Source of the DNA: Candidatus Flemingiibacterium sp.
Lineage (GTDB): Bacteria; Bacillota; Clostridia; Oscillospirales; CAG-272
Reading direction: 5' to 3'
DNA length: 49,748 nt
Assembly: GCA_045589075.1 (NCBI GenBank)
Contig: JAZNFI010000068.1
Location: 1 to 49,748, forward strand
In this document: in pieces, positions 17,871-27,882 of the stretch
Numbering within the stretch: the stretch's first letter is position 1
Layout of the letters: every line of letters starts with the position of its first letter
The notes under the pieces: model-generated
The model's database searches: none
Seen by the model: only the letters and a program-made list of their open reading frames with translations
Told to the model about the DNA's origin: nothing
Position numbers and translations under genes: made by a program

Positions 17871-20615
17871 GTGAGACCAATCACACTTACAATATCGGCA
17901 TTCGGACCCTATGCAGGGGAAAATTTACTGGATATGGACCGTCTCGGAAAGGACGGTCTTTACCTCATATGCGGTGACACCGGCTCCGGTAAAACCACAA
18001 TCTTTGATGCAATAACCTTTGCACTGTTCGGTGAGGCAAGCGGTACCCAGAGAGACACCGCCGGACTACGTTCAAAATACGCCGACGCCGGAACAAAAAC
18101 ATTCGTTAAGCTTACTTTTGAAAGCAATGGAAAGCTTTATACCGTGAAACGCATTCCGGAGTATATGCGCGAAGCAAAGCGCGGAACCGGGATGACCCCT
18201 CAACGTCCCGAGGCAGAGCTTACTCTGCCGGATGGGAATATTATTACAAAAATCAGAGAAGTGGATGCCGCCATTCACGATATTCTAGGCGTTGACAGAG
18301 AGCAATTCTCACAGATAGCTATGATTGCTCAAGGCGACTTCAAAAAGCTTCTTCTCGCCTCCACCGAGGAAAGAATCAAAATATTCAGAAAGCTGTTCGG
18401 GACAGAGCTTTATCAAAGAATTCAAGAGGAGCTGAAAAAAGCGGTTGCTGATGCGAAAAACGAATATGATATTCTGTCAGCCGCCGTTGCCGGGCACACG
18501 GCAGAATTAAAATCCGATACAGCCTATGAGTGTAAAATAGACGACGCACGTTCGGGAAGGCTTTTGCTGCCCGAAATAAAGGATCTCGCAAAAGACCTGA
18601 TTTCATATGACACAGCAAGACTTTCAGAGCTTGAAAGTCAAACAAAAGAATTGGAAATTAAGCTTGAGGAAGTACAGTATCTTCTTGGAAAAGCGGAAGA
18701 ACAAAAAAAGAACCGAGACTATCTTGAAAAAACCGAAAAAGAACTTGAAGGTGCCAAAATCACAACATCGGAGCTTTTTAAAAAACTTTATGAGGAAGAA
18801 GGAAAAAAGCCCTACCGTGACTCGCTTTCAGAGCGCATTTCACTTATCAGCGCGACCCTTACGGACTATGAAGAGCTGGATAGTGGCTTAAAGGAACTTC
18901 AGGAACTGGAAACTTCCCTACTTTTGTCAGAGAAAAAGCTTGAAGTGGACAAGTCAAGACTCAATGAGTTTAACATACTGCAAGAGGAATATTTTTCCGA
19001 ATTTGAGTTATTAAAAAACGTTTCGGAACAAAAATCAAAAACCGAATCAGAACTAACCTCATACATCATGCGCAGTGAACAGCTTGAAAAGCTGACAAGT
19101 GAGCTTTTGGAAATTGACAGCCTCAAAGATAAACTGGCAATCGCCCAAGAGGAATATTTGAACGCTTCTGAAAAGTCAGGGGTTATCCGAGAACGCTTCA
19201 ACCTCATAAACAAAGCTTTTCTCAATGCACAGGCCGGACTTCTTTCGCTATCACTTAATGACGGTGATCCATGCCCGGTCTGCGGCTCAAAACATCATCC
19301 ATCTCCTGCTGTTTGCATGGCAGATGCTCCCACCGAAGCAGAGCTAAATGAAGCGGCAAAAGCTGCCGAAGAAGCACTTGCATTTGCATCCGAGAAAAGC
19401 GCAGAAGCATCAAGGATATTAGGGCAGTACAACGAAAAAATATCAGTAGTAAAAGGAAAAGCGGATTCCCTTTCGGTGAAGTGTGATGCCGATTCGGTAC
19501 GCCTTGAATGGGAAACCGTTTCATCTGTACGCAAGGATATAAGATCAGAGTTAACCGAGCTTGAAGGCAAGCTTGAAAGATTCAAAGAGCTTTCGGAGCT
19601 TATTCCCAAAATCCGGGAGGATGCCTCTGCACTTGAAGCGGAGCTTGGAAGGCTTCGGGAAGAATCGGCATCCCAAAAGAGCCGCTGCAATACCATAAAC
19701 GAGAATCTTCAAAAAATCGCAGCTGGGCTGGAGTTTGACAGCAAAGCATCCGCGGAAGCCGCTATCAAAGCTATTTCTGAAGAATATCAGACAACGGTTA
19801 ACACCCTTGAGAACCTGCGACAAGCTCATACCGATTCTGTCATAACTGAAAAATCCCTTAGTGAGTCAGCAGAGCGTCTTAGGACATCCTTGTCTGACGA
19901 GGAATTTGATGAAGTATCGCTTTATAAAGAAAGGGACATTATAAGTGAACAGCGCTCCAAACTATATGAGCTTATTACCGAATACAAGGTAAGAATTTCA
20001 CACAACAGTTCCGCTCTTGAGAATCTTATTAAGCTTGGCGAAAAGGCAGAGAATACTCTGGCAAGGCTAATAAGACTGCGTGTGCTTTCCTCTACAGCAA
20101 ATGGTACAGTAACGGGGAAAGAAAGAATAATGCTTGAAACCTATGTTCAGATGACGTTCTTTGACAGAATAATAAGAAGAGCTAATACAAGACTCATGAT
20201 CATGTCCGGCGGTCAGTACGAGCTTTACAGACGGCGTGACCCCCAAAGCAACCGTTCCCAAAGCGGTCTTGAGCTTGACGTAATCGACCATTACAACGGT
20301 ACCAAGCGAGGAGTCAATACCCTCTCGGGCGGCGAAATATTCAAAGCATCCCTTTCTTTGGCACTTGGATTATCGGACGAGATACGTTCATCCTCGGGTG
20401 GAATAAAGCTTGACACAATGTTTGTTGATGAGGGGTTCGGATCACTTGATGAAGAATCACTGCGTCAGGCAATAGACACCCTTGCGATGCTTTCGGAAAA
20501 AACACGGCTTGTTGGAATCATCTCCCATGTAAGCGAGCTTAAGGAACGTATAGATAAACATATAGTTGTAAAAAAAGAACGCGCGGGAGGGAGCCACGCG
20601 CAGATAGTAATATAA
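17871..20615 (+). CDS. sbcC: Nuclease SbcCD subunit C (Rad50-like)
   Basis: Walker A GDTGSGKT, coiled coils, zinc hook CPVCG, LSGGE, Walker B FVDEGFG. Confidence 0.95.
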   Translation: MRPITLTISAFGPYAGENLLDMDRLGKDGLYLICGDTGSGKTTIFDAITFALFGEASGTQRDTAGLRSKYADAGTKTFVKLTFESNGKLYTVKRIPEYMREAKRGTGMTPQRPEAELTLPDGNIITKIREVDAAIHDILGVDREQFSQIAMIAQGDFKKLLLASTEERIKIFRKLFGTELYQRIQEELKKAVADAKNEYDILSAAVAGHTAELKSDTAYECKIDDARSGRLLLPEIKDLAKDLISYDTARLSELESQTKELEIKLEEVQYLLGKAEEQKKNRDYLEKTEKELEGAKITTSELFKKLYEEEGKKPYRDSLSERISLISATLTDYEELDSGLKELQELETSLLLSEKKLEVDKSRLNEFNILQEEYFSEFELLKNVSEQKSKTESELTSYIMRSEQLEKLTSELLEIDSLKDKLAIAQEEYLNASEKSGVIRERFNLINKAFLNAQAGLLSLSLNDGDPCPVCGSKHHPSPAVCMADAPTEAELNEAAKAAEEALAFASEKSAEASRILGQYNEKISVVKGKADSLSVKCDADSVRLEWETVSSVRKDIRSELTELEGKLERFKELSELIPKIREDASALEAELGRLREESASQKSRCNTINENLQKIAAGLEFDSKASAEAAIKAISEEYQTTVNTLENLRQAHTDSVITEKSLSESAERLRTSLSDEEFDEVSLYKERDIISEQRSKLYELITEYKVRISHNSSALENLIKLGEKAENTLARLIRLRVLSSTANGTVTGKERIMLETYVQMTFFDRIIRRANTRLMIMSGGQYELYRRRDPQSNRSQSGLELDVIDHYNGTKRGVNTLSGGEIFKASLSLALGLSDEIRSSSGGIKLDTMFVDEGFGSLDEESLRQAIDTLAMLSEKTRLVGIISHVSELKERIDKHIVVKKERAGGSHAQIVI

Positions 20616-20620
20616 AAACC

Positions 20621-20686
20621 AGTCCCCACCCAGTGAGATACACATTAAAACGCATGCCGTTTTTAGTGTTCCGCTTGGTGGGGACT
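20621..20686. terminator. Long imperfect hairpin between convergent genes, probable bidirectional terminator
   Basis: AGTCCCCACC...GGTGGGGACT outer stem with inner AAAACG/CGTTTT and ACAC/GTGT pairing. Confidence 0.65.
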
Positions 20687-20697
20687 TTGTATATTGT

Positions 20698-21798
20698 TTA
20701 TGCTTCAGCAGTATCGCTGTCCTCAGTCATCTCCACAAGATTACCGTTGTCTATTACAAACTGCGGAATAATTTCCTGGAAAAGCATGAACTGCTTGATA
20801 TAAGGCTCGCCATACTCGGACACATATTCCGTATATCCACCTTCCTCTATCATTTCAGAGGTAACTGTAAGATTCTCTATCTCGGCAATAGCCTGTGCCG
20901 CAAGGTAAAGCACTGCGTCGGCACGGTATTTTTCCTGCATGGATTCTAGGAACGCGTCAAGACTTTCATAACCCATATATGCCACAAGGTAGTCCTCTGT
21001 GGTCATACCGTACATCGAAGCGTAGTATTCATATTGGGAAAGGTCGTAATTCTTAATATACTCAATAACAGATTCTGGCACTTCCTCGCAGGTAGCGTCG
21101 GCAAGAAGGTCAGTGAAAAAGTAGAACTTTGCAGAGGAAACTATCCAGTCTTCAATATCGGCAACAAGCTCATCGGCGGTATTAAAACCGTATTGTGATG
21201 CTATCTCATCGGTAAGCTCGGCTTTAATATAATCTCCGCGAATGTAGTTTACAGTAGTCTTGAAGGTAGCATCCCTTCCATTAAGCTCTTCTTTACCGTA
21301 ATCTTCAGGGAAGGTAACGTAAATTTCAAACTCATCACCAGGCTTATGACCGATAAGTTGTTCAAGGAAACCATCAATGTATCTTGTAACACCGATAGTT
21401 ACTTCGGTGCCAAGTCCACCTGTGTTGCCGCCGTCAAACTGTACATCGTCAATATATCCTACATAGTCAATATTGACAGTATCTCCGTCCTCAACAGCGC
21501 GGTCATATATTTCCTCGTAGCTGCTGTGAGAAGACAGCACCCCGTCAATCTGATCCTGTATCTCCTCATCGGAGGCGACGGGAATATCTGCATCAATGTC
21601 AATACCCTTGTATTCGGGAAGAGTAACAATGTCGGATGCCTTAACGCCCTCGAAAAAACCGTTTTCGTCAAGTCCCTTGCTGTAATTGTAGATGCCGTCG
21701 TTTGCTTGCGAGCTGTTTGAGCCATCCGAGCAGGACGCAAGCTGCGCGCCAAGGGACAGTGACATGGTAACTGCCATAAGTAACAACGCCTTTTTCAT
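20698..21798 (-). CDS. Trigger-factor-like FKBP peptidyl-prolyl isomerase, lipoprotein
   Basis: LPEYKGI, GDTVNIDYVGYID, FDGG, YIDGFLEQLIG, VTFPEDY; signal peptide with LASC; no GFRxGxxP loop. Confidence 0.85.
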   Translation of the reverse strand: MKKALLLMAVTMSLSLGAQLASCSDGSNSSQANDGIYNYSKGLDENGFFEGVKASDIVTLPEYKGIDIDADIPVASDEEIQDQIDGVLSSHSSYEEIYDRAVEDGDTVNIDYVGYIDDVQFDGGNTGGLGTEVTIGVTRYIDGFLEQLIGHKPGDEFEIYVTFPEDYGKEELNGRDATFKTTVNYIRGDYIKAELTDEIASQYGFNTADELVADIEDWIVSSAKFYFFTDLLADATCEEVPESVIEYIKNYDLSQYEYYASMYGMTTEDYLVAYMGYESLDAFLESMQEKYRADAVLYLAAQAIAEIENLTVTSEMIEEGGYTEYVSEYGEPYIKQFMLFQEIIPQFVIDNGNLVEMTEDSDTAEA

Positions 21799-21839
21799 TT
21801 ATTTCTCCATTCTTCCCAAGTTCATGGGAGTTTATTTTT

Positions 21840-22736
21840 CTAAAAATTATAATTTTGTGGATAATAAGGTTCTACAATGTGAGTCATGATACCATATTCC
21901 AGAAGTCGGACAGCCGCCGCTTGTGCAAATGCCGGTCTGTCGAAAATACCTATCATCGAAGGACCGCTTCCGCTCATCATGGAGCGCACAGCTCCAGACT
22001 CATCAAAAACACGCCCTATCAGTCTTGCAGTTTCACGTTCGGGCAGCACCACCGACTCAAAAATATTCGTCATGGCACCGCACATTTCATGAAGTTCTCC
22101 ACCGCATAAAACCTCTGCAAAAGCTTGGGCACTTACCTTACGGACTGAAAAATCATACGTCTCATCAAGCAAGCCGTAAGCCCACGGGGTAGATACGCCC
22201 TCGCCTGCACAGGCAATGGCTATACAGCAATCGGGCATCTTATGGCACGGGTTAATTATCTCTCCAATACCCCGAACAACAGAGATTCCCCCATCAATCA
22301 GAAACGGAATGTCCGCCCCAAGCACCGCGCCTATCTCCCTTAGCGAATCAGAGTCAAGATTCACCTCGTAAAGACTGTTCAACGCCTTAAGCACTGCCGC
22401 CGCATCGGAGCTTCCGCCGCCAAGACCAGCCGACGACGGTATCTTCTTTGTTAGCTCTGCCGACAAGTCGTAGCAATTAATTCCAACGGTATCGAAGAAC
22501 AGCACCGCCGCCCTCCATACAAGATTGCGCTCGTCACATGGAATATTATCATCTGAACAGACAAGTTTTATGCATTTTTGTCCGGTTTCGGGATGTTTTG
22601 TGAGAGTGATCCTATCAAAAAGTGTCACCGTCTGCATAACACTTTCGATATTGTGGTATCCGTCTGCACGCTTTGAGCTGACTTCAAGATATAAATTTAT
22701 CTTCGCAGGTGCCGTGACAGTTATCATATCCAGCAT
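21840..22736 (-). CDS. ispE: 4-diphosphocytidyl-2-C-methyl-D-erythritol kinase
   Basis: APAKINLYL, RADGYH, AGLGGGSSDAA, GADIPF, MSGSGP. Confidence 0.95.
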   Translation of the reverse strand: MLDMITVTAPAKINLYLEVSSKRADGYHNIESVMQTVTLFDRITLTKHPETGQKCIKLVCSDDNIPCDERNLVWRAAVLFFDTVGINCYDLSAELTKKIPSSAGLGGGSSDAAAVLKALNSLYEVNLDSDSLREIGAVLGADIPFLIDGGISVVRGIGEIINPCHKMPDCCIAIACAGEGVSTPWAYGLLDETYDFSVRKVSAQAFAEVLCGGELHEMCGAMTNIFESVVLPERETARLIGRVFDESGAVRSMMSGSGPSMIGIFDRPAFAQAAAVRLLEYGIMTHIVEPYYPQNYNF

Positions 22737-22737
22737 T

Positions 22738-23922
22738 TTAACCCCCGAAAAGCTTAATAATCGGATTCTTTTTTATTTTAACCGCTGCTATGGGGCACAG
22801 CTCTTGACAGCAATAGCATTTGATGCATTTGTCATCAATGATATATGCCCTTCGTTTTCCGTCACTGATAGCTCTCATTTCGATGGTGTGACGCGGACAG
22901 CTTTTTTCACATTCGCCACACCCGACACAAGCCTTTTTGTCTATGACGGGTCGTGGCTGGAGCCAACTGTTGAGGTGTCCGCCGAACATTGTTGGCAGCT
23001 TTGCAAGCATAGAACTTCCGATACCCCTTCTTTGTGTATCGGGCTTCTTAAAGTCCGGCACTACGAATGAGGACAACCGTTCTTCCGAGAGTATGGTAAG
23101 TCCCCCGGCATCAGGTGGACAAAAGCCCCTTGAAACGCCTTCGAGAAGCATTACAACCTCTTGTGCACCAATAATTTCTGCGCCGGCAATATCAAGATTG
23201 AACGGATTGCACCCTGACATAAGCACATCCACGTGCCTCGGATCACCACCCGTGGGACCATTTCCTTCCATGGCAATAATACCATCGAGGACATTAAAGC
23301 AAGGCTTCGTTTCCTGAAGCATTTCACAAAGGTCGGCTATCATGGAGCCGAAATCGTTATAATCGGGAAACCTCGCGTGCATTTCAAACTTCATTACACC
23401 CGGAACCGTTCCGAAATAGTTCTTGACAGCACCACTGTAACCCGTAAGAGAATGGCTTTTGAGCTTTGCCAGATTCACGATAACATCAGCCTCCAGAATA
23501 GGGGTGATAATATCAAATATTTTTGACGTTTTTCCTTTTGGTGCATCTGCCTTTTTAGAGGAAGTGTCAAAATTAAGCTTTACACCCGTTCGCTGGGCAA
23601 CATCCGTTATACCGCAGGTCTTGTAGTTTGCCCGTAAGGTTTGCTCAGTATATAGCCCACCTGGACTTTCTGCTATTACTATTTCTGCAGCCGAGGTTTT
23701 AAGTATTCGTATTATTGCCTCAAGCACTATAGGATTTGTGGTCGCCGCCCTTTCGGGTGAAGTTTTCATTACAAGGTTCGGCTTAATTACAACCCTTTTT
23801 CCGCAAAACATATCACCGCAGCCCAGACGTTCCATCTGTGAAAGCAATATCGACTCAATCTTTGTGACATCATATTTCGTGACACGGTCAAGTGCCACAG
23901 CATCCTTTATGTCAATACTCAT
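22738..23922 (-). CDS. DUF362 protein with C-terminal 2x[4Fe-4S] domain
   Basis: VIKPNLV, KLKSH, AVKNYFG, MEGNGPTGG; CVGCGECEKSCP and CIKCYCCQELCP. Confidence 0.9.
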   Translation of the reverse strand: MSIDIKDAVALDRVTKYDVTKIESILLSQMERLGCGDMFCGKRVVIKPNLVMKTSPERAATTNPIVLEAIIRILKTSAAEIVIAESPGGLYTEQTLRANYKTCGITDVAQRTGVKLNFDTSSKKADAPKGKTSKIFDIITPILEADVIVNLAKLKSHSLTGYSGAVKNYFGTVPGVMKFEMHARFPDYNDFGSMIADLCEMLQETKPCFNVLDGIIAMEGNGPTGGDPRHVDVLMSGCNPFNLDIAGAEIIGAQEVVMLLEGVSRGFCPPDAGGLTILSEERLSSFVVPDFKKPDTQRRGIGSSMLAKLPTMFGGHLNSWLQPRPVIDKKACVGCGECEKSCPRHTIEMRAISDGKRRAYIIDDKCIKCYCCQELCPIAAVKIKKNPIIKLFGG

Positions 23923-25178
23923 ACCACAACCCGCATAAAATCATTAACAAATTCTGGATAGGATTTGTTGATACAATTCATATCATCCACCGTAACATCC
24001 CCCAGACAGCCTACCGATGCCACAGCTGCCGCCATAGCGATACGGTGGTCATTGGCAGAACATACGAGCCCGCCTCGGAGTTTTTCTTTTCCAACAATGA
24101 AAATACCATCTTCAGTCTCGTAAGCCTCGCCGCCCAAAGCAGAAAGCATAGATACCGTGGTGGCGATGCGGTCGCTCTCCTTAATCCGCAGTCTTCCCGC
24201 ATTGTATATACGGGTGTTACCCTCGGAAAGTGCCGCCATCACCGCAAGCGCGGGAACAAGATCCGGAATATCCGAGGCATCAATATCGCTCCCTATAAGT
24301 CTGCCGCGATTTTCCACTGTTACATTGCCATCACTCCAAGTGACAGAGGCTCCGAAGCGCTCGACTATGGAAAACAGCTCAAAATCACCCTGCTTTGTCA
24401 AAGGATTGATTCCACGAATGGTGATCTTTCCGCCAAGAGCCGCCGCAACCGCAAAAAATGCTGCCTGAGAGCAATCCCCCTCAACGTCCACATCTGTGGG
24501 AGTAAGCTCCCCGCCCATTACTATATATCCATCTCCGGTTTCGTTGATTCGAGCACCGAAGCGGCGCAATACATCAACCGTAAGATCCGCGTAAGGTTTA
24601 CTTTCTAGCTTTGTGGTTATCACAATCTCGCTTTTCCCCTTACAAACAGCCAGAGCAAGCAACAGCCCCGTTATAAACTGTGAAGATACATCGCCGCGTA
24701 TGCTGAATTTTCCGGATGTCAGCCGTCCGCTTACCTTGAGAGGCAGGTATTCGCCGTTGTCTGGATATTCAAGTGAAGCACCATAAGCTTCAAGAATAGG
24801 CTTGTACATATCGGTAGGACGTTTAGGAAGTCTTCCATCACCCAAAAACGTAGCAACACCGCCAAGAGCTGCAGCTATAGGTATGAAGAAACGCAGTGTG
24901 GAAGCGGATTCACCGGTGTTTATAAATCCGGCATCAACACCCTCGCAGCAGGTTTTTTTGACAAAAAAGGTTCTGCTTTGTTTTTCATACGAGAGCTGTG
25001 CACCAAAAGCGCAAAGAGCACTGGCGGTGGCGTTTATGTCGTTTGAGAGGTCAACCCCTCCAACCTTACAGTATCCTGCCAACGCCGCGCATATAAGTGC
25101 GCGGTGCGCCTGACTCTTGGATGATGGAATACGAACCTCACCGTTTATCGTGGAAGGTGAAAAAACCACATTTTTCAT
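23919..25178 (-). CDS. aroA: EPSP synthase
   Basis: PSSKSQAHR, ESASTLRF, SSQFITG, RIKESDR, DHRIAMA, KSYP. Confidence 0.95.
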   Translation of the reverse strand: MKNVVFSPSTINGEVRIPSSKSQAHRALICAALAGYCKVGGVDLSNDINATASALCAFGAQLSYEKQSRTFFVKKTCCEGVDAGFINTGESASTLRFFIPIAAALGGVATFLGDGRLPKRPTDMYKPILEAYGASLEYPDNGEYLPLKVSGRLTSGKFSIRGDVSSQFITGLLLALAVCKGKSEIVITTKLESKPYADLTVDVLRRFGARINETGDGYIVMGGELTPTDVDVEGDCSQAAFFAVAAALGGKITIRGINPLTKQGDFELFSIVERFGASVTWSDGNVTVENRGRLIGSDIDASDIPDLVPALAVMAALSEGNTRIYNAGRLRIKESDRIATTVSMLSALGGEAYETEDGIFIVGKEKLRGGLVCSANDHRIAMAAAVASVGCLGDVTVDDMNCINKSYPEFVNDFMRVVV

Positions 25179-25189
25179 ATTTCCACGAA

Positions 25190-26500
25190 TTATTTTTTGT
25201 TGACCATTTCAGTAATTGTAGAAATTATCTGTTCTTCCAGGTCAGGGGTGAAGTTAGTGCTTCTAGCTTCATATCCGCCCTCCATGAATGCGGTATATGT
25301 AGGGAAGTATCCCTCGTAGCCATTCGTATTGCAAACGCAAATGACAAAGCTGTCAGGTGCCAACGCTCTAACCTTTTCACCATACACAGTAAAGGGTTCT
25401 CCGCCCATTCCCACAAATACTATCTCGCCAAGCTTTAGAACGGTCACAGGCACTTTTCTATATATAGGCTGATCCTTAATGTCGATTATACGCTTTGACT
25501 CAGCAACATTCGCAAGATTACCCTTCATAGGTATTTTACCCGCAAGGTATTCATTGTAGTACGCCTCTGCCTCAGCATATCGCTCCTCGCCAGTGGTATT
25601 AGTCTTATTGTAAAAAATGCGAATCTCGCCGCTTATTCCTTCTGCGCATTTTTCTTCAGTTTTATCCCATATGTCAACAACAGTGTCTGCAATGGTTCTG
25701 CCCATATAGCGAGCGTGGTCGTAACCGCCGTTTCTCTTGCCTCCAATAAAATCTAAATGGTTCGAATCACCCTGGAAGCCGTTCACAAAAATGCAGGACA
25801 CGTCATCTATATCGTGTTCCACAAAACGGCGCACGAATCCCGGCCAGTCCGCGGAAAAGCAGTATCCGCCGACGACGTCGGGATGACAAGAAAAGTTAAC
25901 AAGTGCAATATCCTTGGCACCTTCTCGCTTAAATCTAACAAGACGGACATTGTTGTCTGACTCGCCATTAGGACGATCGATTTCATCAGGTGTCTTTGTA
26001 GAAGGATTAGTCATAAGCGAGCCATCCTTAAGTACATAGCGGCGAATAAAGGAAATATCCTTGGCGGTTTTCTTCACCGCAGTACTTACTGTAGCTTCTT
26101 TCATGTCATTTAACGCCATCTGAGCCACGTCTCCAAACTTTCTGTAAAGAATGTTGAGATAGGCTTCATCTTTATATCCGTCGAAGGGCTTCGCCAAATA
26201 ATCAACATAATGGTTAACACTTATCGAGGTGTGCTGATGAATTGCTGAAACAAAAATATGATCCATAGGCACGTTTATACGTTCAGAGATAACCTGTCTG
26301 ATCTCAGCCGCACGATCAAACCCGATACCGATAAAATCGCATGAAACAATTATAACGGTATCCTTCTCATCAGATACAGCAATCGCATTTAACTCCAGCG
26401 GATCCAACATACCTTCAGATATTCGTATCCTATAGGCCCCCGACAAAGGGAATCCAAGTGGTGGGGTAACGTCAACTCGAGAAAAACCTGCTTTAATCAT
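25190..26500 (-). CDS. Neutral/alkaline ceramidase-like metallo-amidohydrolase, cytoplasmic
   Basis: AGFSRVDVTPP, HQHT, NFSCHPD, NGFQGD, GEPF, GYFPT, GGYE motifs; start reassigned to ATG 26500 (SD AAAGGA). Confidence 0.7.
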   Translation of the reverse strand: MIKAGFSRVDVTPPLGFPLSGAYRIRISEGMLDPLELNAIAVSDEKDTVIIVSCDFIGIGFDRAAEIRQVISERINVPMDHIFVSAIHQHTSISVNHYVDYLAKPFDGYKDEAYLNILYRKFGDVAQMALNDMKEATVSTAVKKTAKDISFIRRYVLKDGSLMTNPSTKTPDEIDRPNGESDNNVRLVRFKREGAKDIALVNFSCHPDVVGGYCFSADWPGFVRRFVEHDIDDVSCIFVNGFQGDSNHLDFIGGKRNGGYDHARYMGRTIADTVVDIWDKTEEKCAEGISGEIRIFYNKTNTTGEERYAEAEAYYNEYLAGKIPMKGNLANVAESKRIIDIKDQPIYRKVPVTVLKLGEIVFVGMGGEPFTVYGEKVRALAPDSFVICVCNTNGYEGYFPTYTAFMEGGYEARSTNFTPDLEEQIISTITEMVNKK

Positions 26501-26552
26501 AAAATTTTTCCTTTCTTTATTCCAAATATAAAATTTAAATTTAGACCTTAAA

Positions 26553-27617
26553 TTATTCATGAATATCTCGCATAAGCTCCGAGAGTCTTTGAATCGAAAT
26601 TTCAACTGTGGATGCCGACCCGATTCCTGTTTGGGGTATTACAATAAACTTTATCGAGTCCCCTACGCGCTTCTTATCGGACATTACAACTTCAAGAATC
26701 TGCTCCGAAGTGAAGCTTGCTGTAGTGGGCAGCCCCCAACGGTTGAGAGCCGTTATTATATCATTTTCAAGAGTACCGCAGCCGTAGCCGGAAAGCGCAG
26801 ATATTCTCGCAGCGTAAAGCATACCGATACCTACTGATTCGCCGTGAGAAAATGTCTTGAAGTTTCCAAGCTTCTCAACAGCATGACCTATTGTATGACC
26901 AAAATTGAGGATAGCCCGAACACCGTGCTCGTACTCATCCTTCGTGACAACCTCTGCTTTTATCTTCATGCATCGGTATATCATCTCCGACCGTTCCACG
27001 CTACCGTCCATGATACCGTAAAACAACTCCCTATCGGCAATACAGCCGTATTTTATAGCCTCACCCATGCCGTCATTCATGTAACGTATCGGGAGGGTGT
27101 CAAGATATTTGCTGTCAGCAATCACCGCAACCGGCTGATGAAATGCGCCCACAAGATTCTTTCCTATTTCAAGATCTACTCCCGTCTTTCCGCCGATAGA
27201 TGAGTCTATTTGGGAAAGCAGTGTGGTGGGAATCTGCACCACATCCACGCCACGAAGATATGTCGCCGCCGCGAATCCCACCATATCGCCGCACACGCCG
27301 CCGCCAAGGGCAATAATCAGAGACTTTCTCGTAAGACTTGCGACTGAAAACTCGGTATACATCTCTGATACGGTTGAAAGCCGCTTGTTTTCTTCGCCGG
27401 CGAGAAATGAGCATTGACCCGAAAGCTCGTATCCGGCAGCATTTAGACACAGCTTAAAATCCTCTGCCCACAGCTTTTCAACATTACTGTCGGTAACAAG
27501 AAACAGTCTATCATAATTTTTGCTGTTCAACACATCTCTGAGCGCTGCCGAAAGTATGTTTTCTCCTGCGTATATATTATAATCACCCGCATGGTGAGTC
27601 ACCTTAAGGGTTTTCAT
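26553..27617 (-). CDS. aroB: 3-dehydroquinate synthase
   Basis: GEENK, LGGGVCGD, PTTLLSQIDSSIGGKTG, KNLVGAFHQP, LNFGHTIGHA, HGE. Confidence 0.95.
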   Translation of the reverse strand: MKTLKVTHHAGDYNIYAGENILSAALRDVLNSKNYDRLFLVTDSNVEKLWAEDFKLCLNAAGYELSGQCSFLAGEENKRLSTVSEMYTEFSVASLTRKSLIIALGGGVCGDMVGFAAATYLRGVDVVQIPTTLLSQIDSSIGGKTGVDLEIGKNLVGAFHQPVAVIADSKYLDTLPIRYMNDGMGEAIKYGCIADRELFYGIMDGSVERSEMIYRCMKIKAEVVTKDEYEHGVRAILNFGHTIGHAVEKLGNFKTFSHGESVGIGMLYAARISALSGYGCGTLENDIITALNRWGLPTTASFTSEQILEVVMSDKKRVGDSIKFIVIPQTGIGSASTVEISIQRLSELMRDIHE

Positions 27618-27682
27618 TACTCTGCCTCACTTGTCAAATAATGTATGCCAATTTTTGTTGAAACACTACCTTATACAGTGAT

Positions 27683-27711
27683 ACTATAACACAAAATCCG
27701 CTTTTTTGCAA
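27683..27711 (-). promoter_or_regulatory. sigmaA promoter of the aroB run
   Basis: TTGCAA-17 nt-TATAGT with TG extension. Confidence 0.65.
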
Positions 27712-27820
27712 TAATGCTTTCAAATATTTTTAGTTTTTTAACATTTTTCTAATATTCTTACGAAAATAACGACTGTAAGTCAACAAAAATGTTAATTGTT
27801 TTTATAATTTCGGAAATCAC

Positions 27821-27850
27821 TTGACAAAAAGCAGATGTTTGAATTATAAT
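27821..27850 (+). promoter_or_regulatory. sigmaA promoter of the AI-2E gene
   Basis: TTGACA-18 nt-TATAAT. Confidence 0.7.
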
Positions 27851-27882
27851 TATATATAAGTAATAAATGTGGAGGTCACACC

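Noticed and set aside
16732-20615. SMC-based defence system (Wadjet or Lamassu)
   Set aside because: Canonical two-gene sbcDC with a zinc hook and no effector or accessory genes.
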